A stretch of 12,952 nucleotides of DNA from an uncultured archaeon. GTDB lineage: Archaea; Thermoproteota; Bathyarchaeia; Bathyarchaeales; Bathycorpusculaceae. This document shows, in pieces, positions 1 to 7,673 of the stretch. A model generated the notes under the pieces. That model did no database searches and was not told the origin of the DNA. It worked only from the letters and a program-made list of their open reading frames with translations. A program made the position numbers and the translations under genes. The stretch spans positions 1 through 12,952 of the forward strand of contig CAWENF010000013.1 of assembly GCA_963810275.1 (NCBI GenBank). Direction: 5' to 3'. Every line of letters starts with the position of its first letter. Position 1 is the stretch's first letter.

Positions 1-2
1 CT

Positions 3-905
3 ACATATTTCGCTAATGATGTGTATTGGCGTCGTTGTATGTTTGTCCTATGCATGGTGTCATTTTGAGCGTCCAGTAGGTTCGCCCATTCACCGCTTCA
101 CTCCACATCGTGTTCTGGTGTGGAGTTGCATTTTGTTTGTGTAACCCATGTTACTGGGATTGCATAAGAAGCATACTCGGCTAATATAAGTGTATCGTTA
201 CACTTTTTTAGCTTGGTCAAGACTGTCTTTACAGCGCTTCCTATGCTTTTTTACTTGATGAGCCCACTTTTTTGGGTGTCAAGCCCATAACGATAGGGAA
301 ACAAACTAAACGACAGTCCATAATAAAAAGATGTCGCACCAGATAGGACAACCCTGTAAATTTTTGTTCTACATAGAACCCGCCAGAAGTGTAGTTTCAA
401 GCGTTTTATGTACTGATTTGAATTTTTTTTAGTAGTAGTCGTGACAAATGCACTCCTATGCATTTGAACAAAAGGTAGACGCACAAAAAAAACCCAATTC
501 AAAGCTGTTTGTTGTTGACCGCACCATTTTGTTTGTTCAAGAAGTACTTCTGCCCATCAAAACGGCTTGCCCACACAAAAAAGGACATGTCACCACAAGG
601 GCCAACTGTTTTTTGTATTTGTGTGGGTGTGGCGAAGCCCACAGACCCATAATACTGCAATTGACGTTAGCTGGATTTTCAATCAGAGGTCGTGTACATG
701 CAACATAGAATCGCTTAATTTTGCGTGTAAAAATAGAGTTCACTTAAGAACAAAACAAAGCCGGCAAATCTTTTTCTATTTTAACTATGCTATACATCTC
801 TCACTTGCGGATATTTTCGAAATTTATATATTTAAAATTAATTTACAGAATGGAAACGCCAAGAAACTGCATTTTTTACTACCCCAAGTAAGAGACGTTT
901 GCCAT
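3..905 (+). ncRNA. Candidate large structured non-coding RNA (unassigned family; may start upstream of the window)
   Basis: No credible CDS. Manually found stacked and nested helices tile the interval in four abutting domains (3-42, 43-351, 354-848, 850-905). Internal non-Watson-Crick pairs are mostly G-U on the + strand. Not computationally folded. Confidence 0.4.
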
Positions 906-908
906 GCT

Positions 909-1784
909 TTACAGTAAACGCTGTCGAGCACGTTCGACGTAATCGCTATTTATATCAAAACAAACGTAGTGTCGCCCTGCTTTTTTCGCCGCCACCGCTG
1001 TCGATGCTAATCCGCCAAACGGGTCTAGCACCACTTCATTTTTGAAAGTATAAAGCTGAATACATCGATACGGTAACTCTATAGGGAATGGGGCTGGGTG
1101 CCCTACTTTTTTGGCTGATTCAGGGGGGAAATTCCAGATAGATTTGGTGTATTCAAGGAATTCGTCCCGCGAGATCGTGTTCTCTCCCTTCTTTTGGCGA
1201 GAAAACTTGCTCTTAGAAAAAATCAAAATATATTCGTGAATATCCCTTAGCGTCGGATTTGAGGCGGATTGCCAGCTCCCCCAAGCGCAGTTGCCATTGG
1301 CTCCCGCTGCCTTCTGCCAGATGATTTCGCCTCGCATCAGGAAGCCAACTTCGGTCATGGCGTCAATGATGAATTTATGATAGGGGATGTAGGGTTTTCT
1401 TCCTACGTTGGCAATGTTTATGCATGCGCGGCCGCCAGTAACAAGTACGCGGTGGGTTTCAGCAAATACTGCTTTTAAAATATCAAAGTACTCGGTTAAG
1501 TCTAAGTCGTCGTCGTAGTCTTTACCTACATTATAGGGGGGAGAAGTAACCATTAGATGCACGCAGGAGTCGGGCAAGCTTGTTTCTCGGCTGTCCCCCA
1601 AAATAATTTTGTCTAGTAAGTCGACTGGAAAAGTGTTTTCTATTTCGGCTGCTTTTTCTTCGGTTGTGTTTTGGGCGTAAAGTTTGCTTGCATAGAATGC
1701 AGTGCTGTCATGGTTTTCTCGTTTGCTCACTCCGAAACTGCGAGTCTTAGTGCTTTTTTTAATCGCCAATTCGCCTACTCTCAA
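909..1784 (-). CDS. Site-specific DNA methyltransferase, N4/N6 family, beta class (probably m4C); orphan in this window
   Basis: Motif IV VTSPPY near the N-terminus and motif I-like VLDPFGGLAST near the C-terminus (beta order). Also contains GDS, EIIWQK, HEYILIFSK and GHPAPFP segments. TTG start at 1784; an alternative TTG lies at 1769. Confidence 0.93.
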   Translation of the reverse strand: MRVGELAIKKSTKTRSFGVSKRENHDSTAFYASKLYAQNTTEEKAAEIENTFPVDLLDKIILGDSRETSLPDSCVHLMVTSPPYNVGKDYDDDLDLTEYFDILKAVFAETHRVLVTGGRACINIANVGRKPYIPYHKFIIDAMTEVGFLMRGEIIWQKAAGANGNCAWGSWQSASNPTLRDIHEYILIFSKSKFSRQKKGENTISRDEFLEYTKSIWNFPPESAKKVGHPAPFPIELPYRCIQLYTFKNEVVLDPFGGLASTAVAAKKAGRHYVCFDINSDYVERARQRLL

Positions 1785-1888
1785 TGATATGACATATTTA
1801 GAGTGCGCGATTTAAGGGTAACTAATCAAACAGCCAAACAACATGATCTAACAAAATGAGAGGTATTAAAAATCGTGAAAAAGAAGGG

Positions 1889-2164
1889 TTAGTCGTCTTC
1901 TGCATCTTCTTTAGCCAGCTCATCGGCGATTTCGTCGGTGTGGCTGACTGCATTTTTGAGGGTCGCCTTCTTGCTTGGCGCCTCCTGCGTGTAGCCCTCC
2001 ATGAAACCGGCTTCGGCTGCGGTCAACTCATCATCTTCAAGCAGTTCCTCCCGCTCATCTGCGTTGTAGAGGTCATCGGATTCATCCACACGTTCCTCTT
2101 TGTCTGGGGGTGGGCCATCATAGAGGTAAGGCGGAGCCTTTTTAGGTTTAGAATTTTTAGCCAT
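1889..2164 (-). CDS. Small acidic hypothetical protein (91 aa)
   Basis: ATG preceded by GAGG. 28 Asp/Glu in 91 residues, core DDLYNADEREELLEDDELTAAEAGFMEGY. Same orientation as its neighbours with no overlap. Confidence 0.8.
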   Translation of the reverse strand: MAKNSKPKKAPPYLYDGPPPDKEERVDESDDLYNADEREELLEDDELTAAEAGFMEGYTQEAPSKKATLKNAVSHTDEIADELAKEDAEDD

Positions 2165-2241
2165 TTTAGTTTCCTCGAGGTTTAAGTTGAGTAGAGAATG
2201 ACAGGCTACGGCTTTTAACGGTTTGTGACTGTAGGGAAGTT

Positions 2242-2275
2242 ACAACAAAAAGAAACAAAAAGTAAAAGAAAAGAG
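2242..2275 (-). terminator. Oligo(T)-rich archaeal terminator of the glutamate synthase operon
   Basis: Several T4-T5 runs on the minus strand immediately after the stop codon at 2277. Confidence 0.55.
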
Positions 2276-2276
2276 T

Positions 2277-3086
2277 TTAGTGAGAAAAGAGCTTCGCATA
2301 CGGTCTGCTGGAGACGGGCAAAATCTTTTTCCACTTAGCGTCCAAGATTGCTTTTGCATCACCACCAAAATAGCGGCAGTACTGCTCGACAAGCTTAGTG
2401 ATGGTCCCCATGTCGCGTTTGCCAACGTCTTGGACTTTGGTACCCTCCACTGGGCAGAGAAATTCACCGCGCTCATAGATGACACCGCCGTGCATACCTG
2501 TGCCGACAAAGCGCGAATTGCATTGCTCACCCTCTTTGAGGTTAAGCCCAAGGATGCAGATTACGCCGCCCGCCATGTACTCCGCAAGAAAGTCGCCGGC
2601 TGTTTCTCCAATCACGATGGTTGGCACTTTTTGTTGGTACTCTTTCATGTGGATGCCGACGCGATAGCCCACGTAGTCTTTTACGAATATTCTTCCTCCT
2701 CGCATACTGTGTCCGGTAACGTCTCCTGCGTGTCCGTGGATGACGATTTCGCCTTCGTTCATGGTATTGCCTGCGCCATCCTGAGCGTTGCCATAAACGG
2801 TGACGGCGGGGCCGTTCATGAAGGCTGCCAAGTCGTTGCCTGCAGTACCGTAGATGTCTACGGGGATAGTGGTTTCCAAGTCCGTGCCGATGTAGCGTTG
2901 CCCACACACGTTGCTAACTACTAAGCGTTCGATTTCGGGGGTTTGGATAACAGCACGTAGGATACAGTTGAGGTCGCGATAATAGAGATCGCATGCGTCA
3001 ACTTTTACGGTGTTACCTTCTCTGGTGACTCGGTTTAGGTATTTTTGATCCACTATTTTGTTATTTTCACGTTTAGGAACCTGCAT
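2277..3086 (-). CDS. gltB3: Glutamate synthase GXGXG (domain 3, beta-helix) subunit, GltB/FwdC-like
   Basis: Repeated G-x-x-M-x-x-G-x-I-x-I-x-G units (GNTMNEGEIVIHGHAGDVTGHSMRGGRIFV, AEYMAGGVICILG, GTGMHGGVIY). Starts 4 nt after the FMN-subunit stop; GGAG RBS. Confidence 0.92.
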   Translation of the reverse strand: MQVPKRENNKIVDQKYLNRVTREGNTVKVDACDLYYRDLNCILRAVIQTPEIERLVVSNVCGQRYIGTDLETTIPVDIYGTAGNDLAAFMNGPAVTVYGNAQDGAGNTMNEGEIVIHGHAGDVTGHSMRGGRIFVKDYVGYRVGIHMKEYQQKVPTIVIGETAGDFLAEYMAGGVICILGLNLKEGEQCNSRFVGTGMHGGVIYERGEFLCPVEGTKVQDVGKRDMGTITKLVEQYCRYFGGDAKAILDAKWKKILPVSSRPYAKLFSH

Positions 3087-3090
3087 TGTC

Positions 3091-4602
3091 TTATTCTCCT
3101 GCCAGTTTTATACCCAATATTTTCTGTTCTGTCGCATTCAAACCCACACCGCGAAGCGCCAAGCGGTTGCCGCGCAGCGATTCAATGGCGTTGATCCCCA
3201 TGCCGCCCATCATGTCCTTTATTTCGTGACTCCAGCTACTTAGCAGATTCACGAGGCGTCTGGTGGCGATGTCGGGGTTAACACGTTTGCCAATCCAAGG
3301 ATCAGGAGTAGTGATGCCCCAGGGGCATTTGCCTGTATAGCAACGTTGACACAAAGTACAACCCAATGCTACAAGGGCGGCGGTGCCGATGTAGATGGCG
3401 TCTGCACCCAAAGCGATGGCTTTGAATACGTCTGCGGAGTTTCGGAAGCCGCCTGCCACGACAACTGAGGCATGGTTACGAATACCCTCGTCGCGCAGTC
3501 TTTGGTCGACTTGGGCTAAAGCAAACTCGATTGGTATGCCCACGTTGTCACGGATAACCTTTGGAGCAGCGCCAGTTGCCCCGCGCACGCCGTCGATAGC
3601 GACTATATCTGCGCCTGCGCGCACGATGCCACTTGCAATGGCTGCGATGTTGTGGACTGCGGAGACTTTGACAGAGATTGGTCGAGTGTAGTTTGTGGCT
3701 TCCTTAAGGGCATAGATGAGTTGACGCAGGTCCTCGATCGAGTAGATGTCATGTTGCGGATACGGCGACAAGGCATCGGTGCCTTTGGGAATCATACGTG
3801 TCTTCGCTACGTGATCAGTTACTTTTTCGCCTGGCAAGTGTCCGCCGATGCCTGGTTTAGCACCCTGCCCAATCTTGATCTCCACAGCCGCACCCGAGTT
3901 AAGATACTTAGGGTGCACACCGAACCGCCCAGATGCAACCTGCACGATGGTATGGTCTCCATACTGGTATAGGCTCTGGTCTAATCCGCCCTCACCAGTG
4001 TTATAGTAGGTGCCAGACTCAGATGCAGCGCGTGCTAAGCCTGCGTGAACATTGAGGCTGATGGCGCCATACGACATGGCGGAGAACATTATGGGCGTGT
4101 CAAGCTGCATCTGCGGAGCAAGCTCTGTTTTAAGCTCAATTTCGCCGTCTTTGTACTCGACTTCAAGGCTGTCGGGTTTTGTGCCAAGGTAAGTGCGTAT
4201 TTCCATGGGTTCACGCAATGGGTCAATGCTCGGGTTGGTTACTTGACTTGCGTTAAGCAATATGCGGTCCCAGTAAGTTAACGCTGGTTTGTCGTTGCCC
4301 ATGCCCACGATTTGTACGGCACCGGACTCTGCAGCTTTTTTGAGATCACGAATAGCTTCCACGGTCCAGTTAGCGTTTTCACGGTTAGCGTTGGGGTTTC
4401 TGCGGACAGTAATGGCGTTGGTGGGGCACATAGTGACACAACGCTGGCAGTTAACGCAGCTAGCGTCTTTGCTTACTATGGCATCAGCTTCAGCTTCATA
4501 ACAGTGGGTTTCGTAGGTGCATTGGTTGACGCATACTTTGCAGCGGATACAGCGGCGTGGATCGCGCTCAACGAGGTATTCGGGTATAACATAGCTCTTC
4601 AT
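3091..4602 (-). CDS. gltB2: Archaeal-type glutamate synthase FMN-binding subunit with N-terminal 2x[4Fe-4S] ferredoxin domain
   Basis: SAMSYGAIS, NTGEGG, QVASGRFGV, EIKIGQGAKPGIGGHLPGEKV, HDIYSIEDL and the [3Fe-4S] motif CTLCQRCYTGKCPWGI. N-terminal CIRCKVCVNQC and CVNCQRCVTMCP. AGGTGA RBS. Confidence 0.96.
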   Translation of the reverse strand: MKSYVIPEYLVERDPRRCIRCKVCVNQCTYETHCYEAEADAIVSKDASCVNCQRCVTMCPTNAITVRRNPNANRENANWTVEAIRDLKKAAESGAVQIVGMGNDKPALTYWDRILLNASQVTNPSIDPLREPMEIRTYLGTKPDSLEVEYKDGEIELKTELAPQMQLDTPIMFSAMSYGAISLNVHAGLARAASESGTYYNTGEGGLDQSLYQYGDHTIVQVASGRFGVHPKYLNSGAAVEIKIGQGAKPGIGGHLPGEKVTDHVAKTRMIPKGTDALSPYPQHDIYSIEDLRQLIYALKEATNYTRPISVKVSAVHNIAAIASGIVRAGADIVAIDGVRGATGAAPKVIRDNVGIPIEFALAQVDQRLRDEGIRNHASVVVAGGFRNSADVFKAIALGADAIYIGTAALVALGCTLCQRCYTGKCPWGITTPDPWIGKRVNPDIATRRLVNLLSSWSHEIKDMMGGMGINAIESLRGNRLALRGVGLNATEQKILGIKLAGE

Positions 4603-4608
4603 TATGAT

Positions 4609-5724
4609 TCACCTGCTGTCTTGTAGTTTTTTAATCGACACACAACAGGGTCTCCGCCCTCGAGGCGCCCAGAACTTGTCAAGCTGAGGCGAGACGAGCC
4701 GTATGGCGGCTTCTTCGGAGGATATAAATTGAAGGTCGCCTCGAGCGCCTGCAACCATGGGACGTAGCTTGATGCGATCACCTAGGCCGATCATTTCCCC
4801 GTGATGAGCGATAACGACACCGAAGGGTCCGTTCATGAGTAAGCTGCCGTATGTCTGACGCAGCGCAGTTATGAGTGCACGCTGTTTGGGCGGCATAACG
4901 TCGATTTCTTCCCACATTGGAGCAGCAAGAACTTTGGTAACTAACTCAATTGGCAGATGCTGGCGGCGCATTAGCAAATCAACAGCATAAGCGAGCACTT
5001 CCGTGTCGGTTTGCATGGTGCATTTGTAGCCGTACATTTCGAGGTAGCGGCGGTTAATGCCATATGATGAAAGTTCGCCGTTGTGGACAACAGTCCAGTC
5101 CAGGATGTTGAATGGGTGTGCTCCTCCCCACCAGCCCGGTGTGTTGGTTGGGAACCGGCTGTGGCAGCTCCAGAGATAGCCCTCGTAGTCCTCTAGACAG
5201 AAGAAGTCAGCGATGCCTTCAGGGAAGCCGACGCCTTTGAAGACGCCCATGTCTTTGCCGCTGCTAAACACAAAGGCTTTTCCTGTTTCTGTGTTAATAC
5301 GCATGACCGCTTCTATCACGTAATCCTCTTCAGATTGGTTAACGGCGGGTTGACCCTTCTTGGGATGGACAAAGTATCGCCAAACCAGCGGTGGGTCATG
5401 TACATCTGCAGGTTTAGTTTGCATTTCTTCATCGTAGACTATATCGAATTTTGAGGCTAAGATGCGGTCAGTTCTGTCTTTTGCATCCTTGCTCAGGTAC
5501 ATGACGTGAAGGGCATAGTATTCTTTGAATTGGGGGTATATGCCGTATACTGCGAAGCCACCGCCTAAACCGTTGCCACGGTCATGCATGTTTACCATGG
5601 CACGCACGGGGTCTTTGCTGTTAAAGCGGCCGCCAGCAGTGTTCATCATAGCAAATATGCCGCAGGCTGAGAAGTCCTTGTCGTCACCGTAAGGGTTAAT
5701 TATTTTCTGATCGAATTGGTCCAT
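4609..5724 (-). CDS. gltB1: Class II (Ntn) glutamine amidotransferase subunit of split glutamate synthase; C-terminal tail probably frameshifted (native stop probably at 4602-4604)
   Basis: Nucleophile in ACGIF after a 21-aa propeptide; DRGNGLGGGF, HSRFPTNT, AHPF, VHNGE, TDTEV, NGPF and DRIKLRP motifs. Confidence 0.92.
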   Translation of the reverse strand: MDQFDQKIINPYGDDKDFSACGIFAMMNTAGGRFNSKDPVRAMVNMHDRGNGLGGGFAVYGIYPQFKEYYALHVMYLSKDAKDRTDRILASKFDIVYDEEMQTKPADVHDPPLVWRYFVHPKKGQPAVNQSEEDYVIEAVMRINTETGKAFVFSSGKDMGVFKGVGFPEGIADFFCLEDYEGYLWSCHSRFPTNTPGWWGGAHPFNILDWTVVHNGELSSYGINRRYLEMYGYKCTMQTDTEVLAYAVDLLMRRQHLPIELVTKVLAAPMWEEIDVMPPKQRALITALRQTYGSLLMNGPFGVVIAHHGEMIGLGDRIKLRPMVAGARGDLQFISSEEAAIRLVSPQLDKFWAPRGRRPCCVSIKKLQDSR

Positions 5725-7004
5725 TATTGTATCACACTCATTTTCTTTTGAAGACCCACAGGCAAGACGGCTAAGCCGAAATCTTCCTCAAGTAGAGTCT
5801 GCTTGAATTTTTTAACGTCAATTTTTTTCTTCATCAAGTTGAGATAGATGCCTGCACGCTCGATGCAGTTTACGAGAGTTAAGCCAACGATTACGTTGTT
5901 GCGCAAAACCACCTTTTTATACACTTTTGCAGCGGGATCGGCTCTAACTAAAATTTCCAGTGTAGGGTCGTCTTTGGGGTTGGCTAAACCAACGGAGACG
6001 ATTGGTACGCCGAAGTATTTTAGGCTGCTCATGTTAGTTCCTCCGTTATACAGGGTTTTCACGCCTGCCATGTTGTAGCCTGCCACGCGACCTTCTTCAA
6101 CTGCAAGGGGCCAGAGAGGCAGTAACCGGTTTTGCCCCAAGATGTAGTCATAAGCTTCGGCTACGTCGCCACTAGCGTAAACGTCTGGCAAATTGGTTTG
6201 CATAGTATCATCAACGACTATGCCACGGTTGATTTTGATATCTGTACCTACCGCTATTTCTGTGCGGGGGATAACGCCGATGGCTACAATAACTAAGTCT
6301 GTTGGCACAACGTCGCCTTTAGTTAAGACGACTCCACCAACTATGCCTTCGTTGCTGTCTTTGCCGACGATTTTGACAACAGATTGACCTGTGACTATGT
6401 TAACGCCCGCTGCTTTAACAACACCCTCTACGATGTCGGAGGCTTTTGTATCTAAGAGGAGGCTTAGGATTTTCTCCTGCAACTCTACCAAGGTGACTTT
6501 GATGCCTCGTTTGGTTAGGGCGTCGGTGACGCTGATGCCGATTAAGCCTGCACCGATGACTACTGCGGTTTTTGCGTTTATTTCGTTTATTTTTGTGACC
6601 AAGCTTTCGGCATCACGAATAGTTGTGAAGGTGAATACACCCTCTTTTTCTTGGCCCTCCATTTTTGGCACGAAAGGCTTGCCGCCTGTTGACAAGAGGA
6701 GTTTCTCATAGGAAACTTTTTCGCCATCTTCCAAGGTCACTGTCTTATTTTTGAGGTCCAGTGCACTGGCTTTTTTGTCCAAGATTGCTTTGGCATTGTG
6801 CTGTGTCCAGAAGTCATCTTCACGGCACATCATTTTGGGGAAGTCTGCTTTGCCGCTTACAAAGTCGCTAATCATGGGGCGACTGTACTGAGGGCAGACC
6901 TCATCAGAGATGACGGTTATTTCGCCTGCAGGGTCAACTTTTCGGATGGCTTCAACCGCACCGATGCCTGCTGCGGAGGCGCCGATTATGACATATTTGC
7001 TCAT
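5724..7004 (-). CDS. FAD-dependent pyridine nucleotide oxidoreductase (NirB N-terminal/FNOR-like), probable electron-input subunit
   Basis: FAD Rossmann IIGASAAG, YSRP, LLLSTGG, NAD(P)H Rossmann VVIGAGLIG...VTLVE (acidic residue suggests NADH) and TNLPDVYASGD. ATGA overlap upstream and TAATG overlap downstream; GAGGTG RBS. Confidence 0.92.
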   Translation of the reverse strand: MSKYVIIGASAAGIGAVEAIRKVDPAGEITVISDEVCPQYSRPMISDFVSGKADFPKMMCREDDFWTQHNAKAILDKKASALDLKNKTVTLEDGEKVSYEKLLLSTGGKPFVPKMEGQEKEGVFTFTTIRDAESLVTKINEINAKTAVVIGAGLIGISVTDALTKRGIKVTLVELQEKILSLLLDTKASDIVEGVVKAAGVNIVTGQSVVKIVGKDSNEGIVGGVVLTKGDVVPTDLVIVAIGVIPRTEIAVGTDIKINRGIVVDDTMQTNLPDVYASGDVAEAYDYILGQNRLLPLWPLAVEEGRVAGYNMAGVKTLYNGGTNMSSLKYFGVPIVSVGLANPKDDPTLEILVRADPAAKVYKKVVLRNNVIVGLTLVNCIERAGIYLNLMKKKIDVKKFKQTLLEEDFGLAVLPVGLQKKMSVIQ

Positions 7005-7447
7005 TTTCGTTTCACCTCAACAAACACCAACGCCTCATTTGGGCAGTTGGCTACACATGCGGGTTCTTTTTCGCCTTGGCATAGGTCGCATTTCGCGACT
7101 ACTTTATTTTGTTTATCCATTTTGATGGCGCCGTATGGGCAAACCATAACGCAGGTCCAGCAGCCTATGCATTTATCTTTGTTGTGGCTGACTTCGCCTG
7201 TTTTGGGATCTTTGGTCATTGCTCCTGTTAAGCAGGCGGTGACGCAGGGAGCGTCATCGCAGTGGCGACACTGGATTGCAAATGAGATGGGTTTGCTTAT
7301 GTCTCGGCGGACTCTGCTTATGGGTTTCGGGTGTTCGACGTTGTAGGCTTTGATTATATCTTTTGTTTTTGAATGGGCGGTGGCGCAGTATACTTCACAT
7401 AGTCCACAGCCGATGCACGCTTCTTGTTTAGCAATTATTTTCTTCAT
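7001..7447 (-). CDS. 4x[4Fe-4S] electron-transfer protein (CooF/HydN/DmsB-like)
   Basis: 16 Cys in CIGCGLCEVYC, CRHCDDAPCVTAC, CIGCWTCVMVCP and CDLC...PACVANCP. GAGGT RBS. Confidence 0.93.
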   Translation of the reverse strand: MKKIIAKQEACIGCGLCEVYCATAHSKTKDIIKAYNVEHPKPISRVRRDISKPISFAIQCRHCDDAPCVTACLTGAMTKDPKTGEVSHNKDKCIGCWTCVMVCPYGAIKMDKQNKVVAKCDLCQGEKEPACVANCPNEALVFVEVKRK

Positions 7448-7656
7448 GTTGGTTTAACCTCTCTCTTTTTAAGGTTTAGCGGGGACAAGTGAGCATAAGA
7501 ATATGGAGTTCTATGTCGCTTGTGCATAGAACACCGTTACTTTTTATCTTTTGATTATTCTTATTTATTATTATTCGACAGGTGTTCAATGACATCATAT
7601 ACCCTCGTTTTGCGAATGTTAGACAGTTGGAATGCATATAATCTATATAACCATGT

Positions 7657-7673
7657 CGAAAATCATTTATATG
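7657..7673 (+). promoter_or_regulatory. Putative BRE/TATA promoter of the AbrB-PhoU gene
   Basis: CGAAAA-TCA-TTTATATG about 55 nt upstream of the ATG at 7728; GAGG precedes the ATG. Confidence 0.5.

Noticed and set aside
215-320. Group I intron P7-like pair (TCAAGACTG / ACAGTCC)
   Set aside because: The G-binding-site geometry is one base off, the J8/7 equivalent is too long, there are no P/Q consensus elements and no interrupted host gene. The pairing extends as a plain helix.
43-351. SRP RNA or RNase P RNA (size and end-pairing fit)
   Set aside because: No SRP helix 8 CAGG-GNRA-AGCA motif and no RNase P GAGGAAAGTCC or AAACAGAA signature; too AU-rich.
660-705. Group II intron domain V
   Set aside because: An AGC is present but there is no proper 34-nt DV with GNRA loop and bulge, and no GUGYG 5' end or RT ORF.
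800-860. Replication origin (AT-rich tract plus TGGAAAC)
   Set aside because: Only one poor mini-ORB-like match and no cdc6/orc1 nearby.
251-917. Four overlapping ORFs (251-502, 448-708, 537-743, 567-917)
   Set aside because: Mutually overlapping, atypical composition, no motifs or RBS; probably chance ORFs.
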